Assembly: GCA_036491015.1 (NCBI GenBank)
Contig: DASXCV010000231.1
Span: 1-61,949, forward strand
Reading direction: 5' to 3'
DNA length: 61,949 nt
Source of the DNA: Thermoleophilaceae bacterium
GTDB lineage: Bacteria > Actinomycetota > Thermoleophilia > Solirubrobacterales > Thermoleophilaceae
Below the pieces are notes generated by a model that had not been told where the DNA came from, searched no databases, and saw only the letters and a list, made by a program, of their open reading frames with translations. Within the stretch, counting starts at the first letter, position 1. Each line of letters starts with the position of its first letter. A program made the position numbers and the translations under genes. Below are positions 10,290-19,909 of this stretch, one piece after another.

Positions 10290-11939
10290 TTACCCGCTCG
10301 GCGTGGCCACGGGTAGCTCGACCTGGTCTGGCAGACGACCCAGGCGCACTTCCTCGCTGGCGCCGACGATCGCGCCGCCGGGGCAGCACTCCGCCTTCAC
10401 GGGGTGCGCCACCACGCGCTTGCGGCCCTCGATGCCCACCAGCGAGACCAGTCCGCCGGCGATGGCGAGCAACCCGCCGATGCCCATGCCGATGTGGAAT
10501 GCCTTCTCCGCGCCCGCCTCGAGCGCCGAGTGAACGCGCGGGCGGTCGGCGGGGGCTGCCCCACTCGCGTCGGTGACGAGCGTGCGCTTCTTCGCCTGGA
10601 CGATCGCGCGCTCGGTCTGCGGGCTGAGGCGCGAAGGCAGGTGCGAGTCGATCGTGCTGGCGAACTGCGCGGCGCAGACGGCGCCGATCACCGCGACCGC
10701 GAGCAGGCCCGCGACGCGCGCCACGGCGTTGTTCACCCCGGAGGCGATGCCCGAGTGGTGTGCCGGCGCGCCGGCGAGCACCGTCGCCGTGAGCGGCGCC
10801 ACGGTTGCCGCCAGCCCGAGTCCGAACACGAGCACGCCGGGGAGGACGTCCTTCACGTAATCGCCGCTCGAGTTGACTCGCACCAGGAGCAGCAGGCCGG
10901 CGCCCGCGACGATCGGGCCGAAGCCCATGAACGGGCGCGGGCCGATGCGGTCCGCGAGGGCGCCGAAGCGGCGCGACAGCGCGAACGTGATGACGGTCAG
11001 CGGGAGCAGTGACAGCCCGGCCTCGAGCGCGGAGTAGCCGGCCGCCTCCTGCAGGAAGAGGGCGAGCAGGAACGTGGCCGCGCCCAGGCCCGCATAGAGC
11101 GCGAACGTGGTGATGTTGCCGACCGCGAAGTTGCGGCTCTTGAACAGGCTGAGTGGCAGCATCGGGTCGCGCGCGCGGCTCTCCCAGAAGAGGAAGGCGC
11201 CGGCCAGCGCGAGCCCTCCGATGAGCGGGATGTAGACCATCGGCGACGACCAGCCGTGCTCGGGCTGCTGGATCAGCGCGAACACGGGTCCGGCCAGGCC
11301 GAGCGCCGCGAGCAGCGCCCCGAGCCAGTCCACGCGCACGTTCTTCATCTGCTCGCCGGGCGGAGCGAAGCGCAGGAGCCAGATCGTGAGGAGCACGGGC
11401 ACGACGTTGATCGCGAACACCCAGCGCCACGACGCGATCCCGATCAGGATGCCGCCGCCGAGCGGCCCGATCACGGTGGCGATCGCCGTCCAGGCGGTCC
11501 ACGAGCCGATCGCCGCGCCGCGCTCGTCCTCGGGGAAGGTGTCCATGATCAGCGCGAGCGTGTTGGGGACGAGCATCGCGCCCGCGATCCCCTGCAGCCC
11601 GCGGGCGACGATCAGGAACCCGCCTGACGGCGACACCGCGCACAGGAGCGAGCAGATGCCGAACGCGCCCACCCCCAGCGCGAACACGCGCCGGCGGCCG
11701 AACAGGTCGCCGAACGAGCCGCCCACGAGGATCAGGGCGCTGAGCGTGAGCAGATAAGCCTCGACCACCCATTGCTGCTCGGCCAGCCCCGCGTGCAGGC
11801 CCTGCCGGATCGCAGGCAGCGCGACGTTCACCACGGTGCCGTCGAGGAACACGGTGCCCGAGCCGAGGATGCAGGCGATCAGCGTGAGGCGCTTGCTGGG
11901 AGCTGGTCCGGCGTCGAGGACGCCCGCTACGGAGGCCAC
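10290..11939 (-). CDS. MFS transporter, DHA2 (EmrB/QacA-like, about 14 TM)
   Basis: 549 aa, about 14 hydrophobic segments, GDLFGRRRVF motif between TM2 and TM3. Confidence 0.85.
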   Translation of the reverse strand: MASVAGVLDAGPAPSKRLTLIACILGSGTVFLDGTVVNVALPAIRQGLHAGLAEQQWVVEAYLLTLSALILVGGSFGDLFGRRRVFALGVGAFGICSLLCAVSPSGGFLIVARGLQGIAGAMLVPNTLALIMDTFPEDERGAAIGSWTAWTAIATVIGPLGGGILIGIASWRWVFAINVVPVLLTIWLLRFAPPGEQMKNVRVDWLGALLAALGLAGPVFALIQQPEHGWSSPMVYIPLIGGLALAGAFLFWESRARDPMLPLSLFKSRNFAVGNITTFALYAGLGAATFLLALFLQEAAGYSALEAGLSLLPLTVITFALSRRFGALADRIGPRPFMGFGPIVAGAGLLLLVRVNSSGDYVKDVLPGVLVFGLGLAATVAPLTATVLAGAPAHHSGIASGVNNAVARVAGLLAVAVIGAVCAAQFASTIDSHLPSRLSPQTERAIVQAKKRTLVTDASGAAPADRPRVHSALEAGAEKAFHIGMGIGGLLAIAGGLVSLVGIEGRKRVVAHPVKAECCPGGAIVGASEEVRLGRLPDQVELPVATPSG

Positions 11940-11984
11940 GCGTTCTAGCTTGACAGGCGCGGCGAACGCCTCTGCTCGCCCCCA

Positions 11985-12029
11985 GCAATCCCACCTGGGT
12001 GCCCCATACGGGCACCAGAATGGGATTGC
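11985..12029 (-). terminator. long GC-rich hairpin between two MFS genes (likely intrinsic terminator without a U-tract)
   Basis: Outer arms GCAATCCCA/TGGGATTGC (9 bp) enclose inner arms GGTGCCC/GGGCACC (7 bp, loop CATAC). It begins 5 nt after the stop of the 12034..13869 gene. Confidence 0.5.
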
Positions 12030-12033
12030 TTGG

Positions 12034-13869
12034 TCAGTGGCTCGTTGGCTGGCGCTGGTCGGCTGCCGCGTAGAGGCCGCGGCCGGCGGGCTGGAGCGCG
12101 CCGCCGCGCACCGCCTGGCGGAGCGCTGCGCGGAAGCGGCCGGGACCCCAGCGGCGCGCGTTCACCTCGGCGGCGAGCCTGCGGGTGTGGAGAGGGCCGT
12201 GAGCGCGGGTGGCTATGACGAGCGCCTCGATCTCGCGCGCTTGGAGCGGGTCCTCGGCCAGCTCGTCGTAGCTGAGCTGCCAGGGCGACCAGGCCGACCG
12301 GCTGAAGCGCGTGACGGGGTCCGGGTGGGCGCGGACGAGCCCCGGCTCGACGCGTGAGCGCGGGCGCCGGCGGCGTGCCGCGGGCTTCTCAGGCTCCTCA
12401 CGTTCCTCGCCCTCGCCCTCCTCGGCGGTGAGCGGCTCGGCGATCTCCTCGAGCGACTTCTGCTCGGCCGGCACGCCGAGGACCGCCTCGACGAGCCCGG
12501 CCGCGGCCATCAGCCCCGCCGCGATGAAGAAGCCGACGGCGAGCTTGCCGGGGTGCGACTTGTCGATCAGGTTGCCGTACAGCACCGGCCCGATCGCGCC
12601 GCCGAGGCCGGTGCCCACCGCGTAGAAGAACGCGATCGCCATCGCGCGCGTCTCCATCGGGAAGATCTCGCTGACGGTGAGGTAGGCGGCGCTCGCGCCG
12701 GCCGAGGCGAAGAAGAAGATCACCACGAACGCGATCACCTGCGTGGTGGCGGTCAGGTGGCTGCCCTGGAACAGAACGGCCATGACCGCGAACAGCACGC
12801 CGGATGCGATGTAGCAGCCGGCGATCATCGTGCGGCGCCCGACCGTGTCGAACAGCCGCCCGAGCAGCACCGGTCCGAGGAAGTTGCCCACGGCGAACGG
12901 GATCAGCAGCGCGGGCGCCGAGCCCGACGAGGTGCCGTAGTACGTGGACATGATGTTCACGAAGTTGAACGTCACGGCGTTGTAGATGAACGCCTGGCCG
13001 ATGAAGAGCGACAGGCCGAGGACGGTGCGCCGCGGGTAGATCGTGAAGACGGTCTTCGCGATCGAGAGGAAGCCGATCGTGTCGCGCTGTCGGATCTTCA
13101 GCGTCTTGTCGACGGGCTCGAGCTCTTCGCCGGTGTCGCGCGCCACTTCGCGCTCGATGCGCTCGACGAGCCGGTCGGCCTCCTTCGCTCGGCCATGGAT
13201 GAACAGCCAGCGCGGGCTCTCCGGTACGTTGCGGCGCACGAGCAGGATGCCGAGCCCGAGCACGGCGCCGATGCCGAAGGCGAGACGCCAGCCCACGTTG
13301 GCGGCGAACAGGCTCTCGTCGAGCAGCACGAGCGACAGCGCCGCGCCGACCGCCGTGCCGAGCCAGTAGCTGCCGTTGATGATCAGGTCCACGGTGCCGC
13401 GCACGCGCGCCGGGATGAGCTCGTCGATCGCCGAGTTGATGGCGGCGTACTCGCCGCCGATGCCGGCGCCGGTGAAGAAGCGGCAGACGAAGAACCACAG
13501 CGGGCTGAACGAGAACGCTGTGAGCACCGTCGCGACCAGGTAGAGCCCGAGCGTGACGATGAACAGCTTCTTCCGCCCGAGCCGGTCCGTGAGGTAGCCG
13601 AAGAAGAGCGCGCCCACACAGGCGCCGATCACGTAGATCGTGCCCGCGAGTCCGAGCTGGCCCGCGCTGAGCGTGAGGCCCGCGCCCTTCTCGGTGAGGC
13701 GCGAGGAGATCGAGCCGACGATCGTCACCTCGAGCCCGTCGAGGATCCAGACGGCGCCGAGGCCGAGCACCACGAGCCAGTGCCAGCGGGCCCACGGCAG
13801 CCGGTCGATCCGTGCCGGCACGTCCGTCTCGATGATGCCCCGCGTGGCGGTCTGCGTTCCGTCGCTCAT
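12034..13869 (-). CDS. MFS transporter (metabolite/sugar-porter-like, 12 TM) with a C-terminal cytoplasmic extension of about 140 aa
   Basis: 611 aa. [11 protein letters not shown] and PESPRW motifs. After the last TM comes an acidic linker ([14 protein letters not shown]) and a basic, helix-rich tail. GC3 stays high through the tail. Confidence 0.85.
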   Translation of the reverse strand: MSDGTQTATRGIIETDVPARIDRLPWARWHWLVVLGLGAVWILDGLEVTIVGSISSRLTEKGAGLTLSAGQLGLAGTIYVIGACVGALFFGYLTDRLGRKKLFIVTLGLYLVATVLTAFSFSPLWFFVCRFFTGAGIGGEYAAINSAIDELIPARVRGTVDLIINGSYWLGTAVGAALSLVLLDESLFAANVGWRLAFGIGAVLGLGILLVRRNVPESPRWLFIHGRAKEADRLVERIEREVARDTGEELEPVDKTLKIRQRDTIGFLSIAKTVFTIYPRRTVLGLSLFIGQAFIYNAVTFNFVNIMSTYYGTSSGSAPALLIPFAVGNFLGPVLLGRLFDTVGRRTMIAGCYIASGVLFAVMAVLFQGSHLTATTQVIAFVVIFFFASAGASAAYLTVSEIFPMETRAMAIAFFYAVGTGLGGAIGPVLYGNLIDKSHPGKLAVGFFIAAGLMAAAGLVEAVLGVPAEQKSLEEIAEPLTAEEGEGEEREEPEKPAARRRRPRSRVEPGLVRAHPDPVTRFSRSAWSPWQLSYDELAEDPLQAREIEALVIATRAHGPLHTRRLAAEVNARRWGPGRFRAALRQAVRGGALQPAGRGLYAAADQRQPTSH

Positions 13870-13948
13870 TGATCGGCGCCTCCGTAGCTCGCTCCGGCCA
13901 GGGTTACCCCCAGCCGCGGGCGCTCAATCGGCCGAGCTGCTCACGCGC

Positions 13949-15268
13949 TCACCAGATCGTGTACAGCAGCAGCGCGGACGCCAGCGCCTGCGCCGCGAGC
14001 GCCCACAGCAGCGGCCGGATGCGGCTCGGCTCGAGGCGGGCCGCGGCGGCCACGCATGCGAGCGGCACGAATGGCAGCCAGATGCGCTCCGTCTCGGCCT
14101 TGGTGAAGCCGGCGATCGCCGCCACCGTGACCACCCCGGCAAGTGCCATCGCGGCGGGGTCGAGCCGGGTGAGCGAGCGGAGCGCGAGCCAGGCGGTGGG
14201 GATGCCGAGCATCACCAGCCAGGCCGTGGGCGAGCCGAACACCCAGAAGGCGTACGGCCGCACCGCCGCCAGGCTGTTGCCGTAGACCTGCTGGGTGGAG
14301 CGCAGGGCGCCGAACGGGTCGTAGCCCGTCCCGAGCGCGAGGCCGCCGTTGAACGCGATAAGTGCCAGCACGCAGCCCGTCGCCATGATGAGCGCTGGCC
14401 TGGCGCCCTCCCGGCGCAGGGTCACGAGCACCGCCCATGCCGGCACCGCGAGCAGGAGCCACGAGAACAACGCGGCTACGGCGCCGATCGCCATCCCCGC
14501 CGCCCTCGGGGCGCGTCCGGGCCGCACGAGCAGACAGGCCGTCGCCATCCCAAGGGCGGCGTACAGATAGTCCGCGGAGGTGACCCCGAAGAGCAGCAAC
14601 GATGGCGAGAAGGCGGTGAGCAGGCCGGCTGCACGCCCGCGCTCCTCGCCGGAGAGCGTGCGGCCGAGGTCGTAGGCGAGCGGGGCGCACAGCGAGCCCG
14701 CGCCAATGCATAGGGCGGCCATCGCCTGAGCGGTGCGAATGCCGAGCAGGTGCAGGCTCAGCAGCAGTCCGGGCGGGTGGCCGGCCACGTTCACGGGCAG
14801 CGCCGGCACGAGCTCGGCGAAGCGGTCGAGGAAGAAGCGGTCCCCGTAGGCGAACGCGGGCAGGCCCGGGAGGTACTCCCACTTCGCCTCGAACGAGCCG
14901 CCAGGGCCCGTGTCGAAGATCGAGTACCAGCCACGACTGCCGAGCCGCGTGAGGTTGAGCGCCAGCCCGAGCGCGAGCACGAGTCCGAACAGGGCCGCGG
15001 CGAACGCCAGCGGGCGGCGGATTCGGCTGGCGGCGAGTCCGGCGAGCGGTACAGCCGCGACCAGCACAGCGCCCGAAAGCAGGGCGAACGGTCGGAAGCT
15101 GGGCTCCCAGACGGCGACGAACGGGGGTGAGGCGGTGCCGAGGTGGCCGCCCGCGGCCCGGATCGAGAGTCCCGCGAGAACAGTGGCGCCGGCGGCGAGC
15201 ATGACGATCTGGGGAACGTTGCGCGAGACGCCGGTTCCGGGGCGCGGGGCGTGGAATCCTCGTTGCAT
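13949..15268 (-). CDS. polytopic integral membrane protein of unknown function (possible GT-C-like glycosyltransferase; weak)
   Basis: About 11 hydrophobic segments with one large loop (FDTGPGGSFEAKWEYLPG). The start is uncertain (15340, 15307, 15268 or 15202); GC3 drops upstream of 15268. Confidence 0.55.
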   Translation of the reverse strand: MQRGFHAPRPGTGVSRNVPQIVMLAAGATVLAGLSIRAAGGHLGTASPPFVAVWEPSFRPFALLSGAVLVAAVPLAGLAASRIRRPLAFAAALFGLVLALGLALNLTRLGSRGWYSIFDTGPGGSFEAKWEYLPGLPAFAYGDRFFLDRFAELVPALPVNVAGHPPGLLLSLHLLGIRTAQAMAALCIGAGSLCAPLAYDLGRTLSGEERGRAAGLLTAFSPSLLLFGVTSADYLYAALGMATACLLVRPGRAPRAAGMAIGAVAALFSWLLLAVPAWAVLVTLRREGARPALIMATGCVLALIAFNGGLALGTGYDPFGALRSTQQVYGNSLAAVRPYAFWVFGSPTAWLVMLGIPTAWLALRSLTRLDPAAMALAGVVTVAAIAGFTKAETERIWLPFVPLACVAAAARLEPSRIRPLLWALAAQALASALLLYTIW

Positions 15269-16250
15269 GCGCTCAGCTCTTCTCGCTGCGCTGGGGCTCG
15301 CTGCCATCGTCTCCGGGTGCGGCTCCGAGCCGGTCCGCATGCTTCCGCCCGCTGCCGAGCCACCCGTGTCGCCGCCGCTCGCCGCGCGGCCGGCGGGTCA
15401 CGTCATGAAGATCGGGGCGGGGGCTGAGGGCGTGGCGGTCGACCCGCTCACGGGACGCGTGGCCATCTCGCTGCGGCGCCCGGCACGTCTGGCGATCGTC
15501 GACGAGCGCAGCGGCAGGGTCGTGCGGATGCTCTTTCTGCCGGCGGCCGCACGCCACCTTGCGATCGCTCGGCCCGGTGGGCCTGTGCTGGTGCCCGCTG
15601 AGGATGCGAACCTGCTGCTGGCGGTGGCATTGGAGCCGCCCCGAATCGTCACGCGCGCACGGGTCGGGAGACAGCCGCATGACGCGGTGGCCACGCCACG
15701 CGGGTGGTTCGTCGGCGACGAGCTCGGCGCGCGGGTGTCGGTGGTTCGGCGCGGCGGCCCGACCGTCAGCTTCCCGGTGGCACTCCAGCCCGGCGGGCTT
15801 GCGGCCCTCCGCTCGGAGGTCGCCGTCGTGTCGGTGCGGGCGCGGCTGCTCGAGCTCTACAGCCTGCGCACGCTCCACCGGCTTGCAGGCGTGCCGGCCG
15901 GGGTGGGGCCAACGCACGTCGCCTGCCTGCCCGACGGCCCCTGCCTCGTCACAGACACGAGCGGTGACGCGCTGCTTCGCTTCGTGGTGCACCCGCGGCT
16001 CGAGCTGGTGCGCAGCGTGAGCCTGCCCGGTGGGCCCTACGGGATTGCGCTCGATGCGAGGCGGAACCGGCTCTGGGTCACGCTGCCGGGTCTCAACGAG
16101 GTGGTGGAGCTGCCCGCCCACGCCCACCCGCATGTGCTGCGCCGCTTCGCGACCGTGCGGCAGCCGAACAGCGTCGCCGTGGACGAGCGCACCGGCCGGG
16201 TGTTCGTCACCGGCCGGAAGAACGGCGAACTCCAGTGGTTCGACCCCTGA
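15267..16250 (+). CDS. lipoprotein, YVTN/beta-propeller-repeat-like
   Basis: Lipobox signal peptide MRSALLAALGLAAIVSGC. Repeated blocks of about 40 aa of the type P.G.A.D....V.V, e.g. GGPYGIALDARRNRLWVTLPGLNEVVEL. ATG at 15267 is in frame within the 446-aa ORF. Confidence 0.65.
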   Translation: MRSALLAALGLAAIVSGCGSEPVRMLPPAAEPPVSPPLAARPAGHVMKIGAGAEGVAVDPLTGRVAISLRRPARLAIVDERSGRVVRMLFLPAAARHLAIARPGGPVLVPAEDANLLLAVALEPPRIVTRARVGRQPHDAVATPRGWFVGDELGARVSVVRRGGPTVSFPVALQPGGLAALRSEVAVVSVRARLLELYSLRTLHRLAGVPAGVGPTHVACLPDGPCLVTDTSGDALLRFVVHPRLELVRSVSLPGGPYGIALDARRNRLWVTLPGLNEVVELPAHAHPHVLRRFATVRQPNSVAVDERTGRVFVTGRKNGELQWFDP

Positions 16251-16686
16251 GACGGAGCGCGTAGAGAAGCGCGGAGCCGCCGAACAGGACCGCGGTGACG
16301 AGCAGCCAGTTGCGCGCGTAACCGGTGGGGTGATGCCCCGTGGCGCGCAGGTAGTTGCGGCTGCCCTCGCCCAGGATGAGGGGGAAGTACACGAGGAGCA
16401 GCACACCCGACAGGAGTGCCGGCACCCGCACGTAGTTGAGCGGCGGCACGCGGGCACGGCTCGCGGCCTCCGAACTGCCGCGGCGTGCGATCGCGTCCAG
16501 CAGCGAGTAGAGCGGGACGAACAGCAGGTCATGGAGCAGGGCGGCGCCCACGAACCAGATCACGAAGTTCTGCACCGGGCCGCGCTGCAGGATCCGCAGC
16601 AGCGCGTAGCCCGCCGTGGCGAAGGCCGCGAGGTGCGCGAGCAGATGCAGCGGACTGGCGCCGTAGAGACGTTCGAACGCCCTCAT
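16207..16686 (-). CDS. small integral membrane protein (4 TM), last gene of the GT2 operon
   Basis: 159 aa starting MRAFERLYGASPLHLLAHL. The ATG at 16686 overlaps the TGA of the upstream gene (ATGA). No recognisable family. Confidence 0.55.
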   Translation of the reverse strand: MRAFERLYGASPLHLLAHLAAFATAGYALLRILQRGPVQNFVIWFVGAALLHDLLFVPLYSLLDAIARRGSSEAASRARVPPLNYVRVPALLSGVLLLVYFPLILGEGSRNYLRATGHHPTGYARNWLLVTAVLFGGSALLYALRLRGRTTGVRRSSGR

Positions 16687-17951
16687 GCCGCGCGGAAGTC
16701 GAGGCTGCCGACCCACTTGGTGCAGTGCACGCCGGGCAGCGCGGGGACGATGATCCGGGCGGGGTAGCCGTGGTCGAGCGAGAGGTCGGCGCCGTTGACC
16801 CGAAGGGCTAGCAGCGACCGCGCGTCCCCCACCTGCTCGGGGCCCAGCGTGACCTGGCGGAACGTGCCGCGCGGCTCGAGCGACTCGACGTGCACCTGCG
16901 CCGGACCTCTCACTCCCGCGAGCGCGGCGAGGTCCCGGAGCGGCACGCCCGTCCAGCGCTGCGTGGTCGACCAGCCCTCGACGCACGCGATCGGCAGGCT
17001 GTGCGTGCTGAGCCTCATCTGGAGCAGCTGCTCCCTCGTGAGCTCGAGGCGCCGCGTCCCGCCCAGCACAAGCCGCCAGCCGGGACCAGTGGCGCCCGCC
17101 GGTAGGCGCGCCGCGGCGGCCGTGATGTTCACCGGGAACTCGTCTGGCTCGCTGCCGTACGAGCGGCCGCGCGGGGCGAGCAGGGCAAGCGGGCGCAGCG
17201 GCCCCCCGACCGTCTGCCCCAGATTCATCGCCAGCAGGGTGAGCGACGCGCCGCCCACGAGCCCGAACAGGCCGCGGCGGCTCAGGGTCGCGGCGCCGGG
17301 ATCGGGCGGAGCGAGCCCGCCCGGCTCATGCGGCTCGGACTCGGTGTGCGCGAGGTCGTCGCCCAGCGGCCGCAGGAAGCCACGCTCGCTGTAGGAGCGG
17401 ACGATCACCGGCAGCTTCACGAGCACGTGCACGGTCATGGCGGCGAGGAACACCCACGCGCCGTAGTAGTGCGCCTTCACGAAGCCGAACTTCCACGGGT
17501 AGAAGAGCTGGATGTTGAGGATGCCCGTGGCGAACTCGAACAGCGCGCCGCCGACCAAGAGCAGGAGCGAAGCGCGCTCGACCGCCATCGCCGCGGTTCG
17601 CACGGGCGGCCACGTGAAGAGGCGTGGGATCACCGACCAGAGCTTCGCGAGGAGCCAGGGCACCGCCACGAGCCCGGCCGTCACGTGCGCCCCCTGGGTG
17701 GCCGCGTAGAGCCACGACGGATGGGTGGGCCAGGAGAAGATGAAGGGCTGGAAGTCGTATGCGGGGTTGAGCACCGCGTTGCGTCCGAGGTCGGGTTGGT
17801 AGGCGGCGTGCGACACGAAGCCCGTCGCCGCGACGACGGCCACGAGCAGGAGCAGCACGCTCCCGAGTGCCGAGGTAAGCCACGGCCCACGCAGGCGGCT
17901 GCGCCAGAACGCGGGCCGGAACGGGCCGGGGGGAGTGGCTGCAGACCTCAT
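16683..17951 (-). CDS. membrane cytochrome-b-like domain fused to a molybdopterin-dependent (sulfite-oxidase-fold) oxidoreductase domain
   Basis: The N-terminal half has 5-6 TM segments with conserved His (HAAY, HVTAG, HYYGAW, HVLVK). The C-terminal half has SUOX/YedY-type motifs (LPIACVEGWS..WTGVPLRDL, NGADLSLDHGYPARIIVP). The ATG at 17951 overlaps the upstream TGA. Confidence 0.8.
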   Translation of the reverse strand: MRSAATPPGPFRPAFWRSRLRGPWLTSALGSVLLLLVAVVAATGFVSHAAYQPDLGRNAVLNPAYDFQPFIFSWPTHPSWLYAATQGAHVTAGLVAVPWLLAKLWSVIPRLFTWPPVRTAAMAVERASLLLLVGGALFEFATGILNIQLFYPWKFGFVKAHYYGAWVFLAAMTVHVLVKLPVIVRSYSERGFLRPLGDDLAHTESEPHEPGGLAPPDPGAATLSRRGLFGLVGGASLTLLAMNLGQTVGGPLRPLALLAPRGRSYGSEPDEFPVNITAAAARLPAGATGPGWRLVLGGTRRLELTREQLLQMRLSTHSLPIACVEGWSTTQRWTGVPLRDLAALAGVRGPAQVHVESLEPRGTFRQVTLGPEQVGDARSLLALRVNGADLSLDHGYPARIIVPALPGVHCTKWVGSLDFRAA

Positions 17952-18580
17952 CGCGCGCTGAGCTGGGCGAACCAGCGGCCCTCGTCGCACCAGATATGGG
18001 CCAGCTCGAAGCCGGACGCCATGGCCACCTCGCCGATCAGGTCGGCGGAGACGACCGCCCAGTCGAACCACGGGCTCGCGGACGCGCCGAGCTCGAGACG
18101 CAGCCGGACCTGCCGGACGCCGCCACCGGGCGGATCGAGCTCCACGAACACGAGCCCGCCGGGCGCGAGCAGCGAGGCCAGCCGGCTCAGCAGGGCCTGT
18201 GGGCGGCCGCCGATCCCGATGTTGCCGTCGAGCAGGAGGGCGCTGCGCCAGCTCCCTGCGCCTGGCACGCGCGCGAAGATCGATTGCTCGATCACGGGCA
18301 GGCCCCGCCGGCGGGCCAGCTCGATCGCCGCTGCCGACACATCCACGCCGAGCGCCAGCACCCCAGAGCGGGCGAGGGCGTGCACGTGCCGTCCAGGGCC
18401 ACAGCCCACGTCGAGCACCGGCCCGACAGCGCCCGCAAGCACGCGGTTGTCCACCTCCGTCACCGGCCCGAGCCAGCGGCTCACCGCCGCGGGGCTTACG
18501 TCGCCGGCGGCGGAGCGCAGCATCAACCGTTCACCGGGCTCGCCGAGAGCCCTCGCGTAGATGTCGAGCGCGGTGGTCAT
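17948..18580 (-). CDS. class I SAM-dependent methyltransferase
   Basis: 210 aa. SAM motif I VLDVGCGPGRH, then LLLDGNIGIGG. The ATG at 18580 overlaps the upstream TGA. The rest of the 583-aa ORF is out-of-gene junk. Confidence 0.8.
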   Translation of the reverse strand: MTTALDIYARALGEPGERLMLRSAAGDVSPAAVSRWLGPVTEVDNRVLAGAVGPVLDVGCGPGRHVHALARSGVLALGVDVSAAAIELARRRGLPVIEQSIFARVPGAGSWRSALLLDGNIGIGGRPQALLSRLASLLAPGGLVFVELDPPGGGVRQVRLRLELGASASPWFDWAVVSADLIGEVAMASGFELAHIWCDEGRWFAQLSAR

Positions 18581-19200
18581 GCCACGAGCTCCGCGAGCGT
18601 GCCCGCGAAACGGCTGCGCGGAGCGAGCCGGGCCACCGCGCGCGCATCGTCGATCAGGTCCACGTCGCGCAGCCGCGGGAGCAGTTCCACGCGCACGTCG
18701 CAGTGGCGGAGGCGCGCGAGCTGCGCTGAGAACGTGCCGCTGGTGCTCATGGGAACGCCCTCGATGAAGTGTCGCCGCGGCCGGTGCAGCCCGATTGCCC
18801 AGTAGCCGCCATCGACTGCCGGCCCGAGCACCGCGTCGACGCCTGGCGCCGACAGCCGGTCGAGTGCATGCGAGAGCAGCGCCGGAGTGACCTGCGGCGT
18901 ATCCATTCCGATCAAGAGAGCCGGGTCGCCGACGTCCACGAAGGCGCTCGCCAGTCGCTGGTCGAGGCCGTCGCCGCGCTGGTGCAGCAGCTCGAAACCC
19001 GCCGGCAGCCACGGGCCCGGCCGGCCGTCGAGCGCCAGCACGCGCCGGCCGGCGTCGCAACCCGCCGCCGCGGCGAGCGTGTCGGCCAGGGCCGCTTCGG
19101 CCAGCCGCGCGGCGCCATCGTGGCTGAGCTGCGGCGCGAGCCGCGTCTTGCAGCGGCCCGGCAGAGGCTCCTTCGCGATCACGATCAGCGCGGGCCTCAC
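18577..19200 (-). CDS. DUF2064-family (CofC-like nucleotidyltransferase fold) protein
   Basis: 207 aa. ALIVIAKEPLPGRCKTRL, QRGDGLDQRL, IGMDTPQ, GPAVDGGYWAIGL are hallmarks of DUF2064. The GTG at 19200 overlaps the upstream TGA. Confidence 0.8.
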   Translation of the reverse strand: MRPALIVIAKEPLPGRCKTRLAPQLSHDGAARLAEAALADTLAAAAGCDAGRRVLALDGRPGPWLPAGFELLHQRGDGLDQRLASAFVDVGDPALLIGMDTPQVTPALLSHALDRLSAPGVDAVLGPAVDGGYWAIGLHRPRRHFIEGVPMSTSGTFSAQLARLRHCDVRVELLPRLRDVDLIDDARAVARLAPRSRFAGTLAELVA

Positions 19201-19877
19201 GACAGCACCTCCGCCATGTCGCGAATCGCGCGAGCCGTGCCGCGCACAGTGCCAGTGACCTTGGAGCGGCCGCTACGGGGCAGGTAAGGGACGGGCAGCT
19301 CGCGCAGTCGCCAGCCTGCAGTTGCGGCCCGTAGGACCATTTCGAGCGGCCAGCCGAAGCGACGGTCGTGGATTCCCAGCTCGAGCAACGGCTCGCGCCC
19401 GGCGGCGCGCATGGGGCCGAGATCGGTGAGCGCGATGCCCGTGCGCCGCCTGAGCTCGTGCGCGAGCACCATGTTGGCTGCACGCGCGTGCCACGGCCAC
19501 GCACCCGGGGCCGGCACCCGCGCGCCCAGGACGAGATCGGCCCGGCCGGCCTGCAGCGGCGCGGCCACGGCCGGGAGTTCACGCGGATCGAGCGAGCCGT
19601 CGCAATCCATGAAGCAGACGACGTCCGCGCGGGCGGCGGCGAGCCCGGCGAAACAGGCCGCCCCGAAGCCGCGCCGGGGCTCCTCCACCACGCGCGCACC
19701 CAGCCGTGCCGCGAGTTCCGCGGAGCCGTCGCTCGAGCCGTTGTCCGCCACGATCGGCTCGAAGCCCGCGGGCATGCGGCTCAGCACCCAGGGAAGAGCG
19801 CCTGCCTCGTCGAGCACCGGAAGGATCACCTCGACCATCGCGGGCCGAACATAAGTGCCGGCAGGCGAATTTCCCAT
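19197..19877 (-). CDS. family-2 glycosyltransferase (polyprenyl-phosphate-sugar-synthase-like)
   Basis: VILPVLDEAGALP, ADNGSSDGS, FMDCDGS (DxD) motifs. The start may be the ATG at 19838 (MVEVILP). Confidence 0.8.
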   Translation of the reverse strand: MGNSPAGTYVRPAMVEVILPVLDEAGALPWVLSRMPAGFEPIVADNGSSDGSAELAARLGARVVEEPRRGFGAACFAGLAAARADVVCFMDCDGSLDPRELPAVAAPLQAGRADLVLGARVPAPGAWPWHARAANMVLAHELRRRTGIALTDLGPMRAAGREPLLELGIHDRRFGWPLEMVLRAATAGWRLRELPVPYLPRSGRSKVTGTVRGTARAIRDMAEVLS

Positions 19878-19909
19878 TACGCAATGCGAAACGACGTAGC
19901 GTCCCCGCC

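Noticed and set aside
14910-15266. Upstream 119 codons of the 446-aa ORF containing the lipoprotein
   Set aside because: This part is Ser/Ala/Arg-rich and overlaps the divergent membrane protein gene. A canonical lipobox signal peptide starts at the internal ATG at 15267.
16228-16250. GGTTCGACCCC, resembling a tRNA T-loop
   Set aside because: Flanking bases cannot form a T-stem, acceptor stem or anticodon arm. The motif lies inside the 3' end of a coding sequence.
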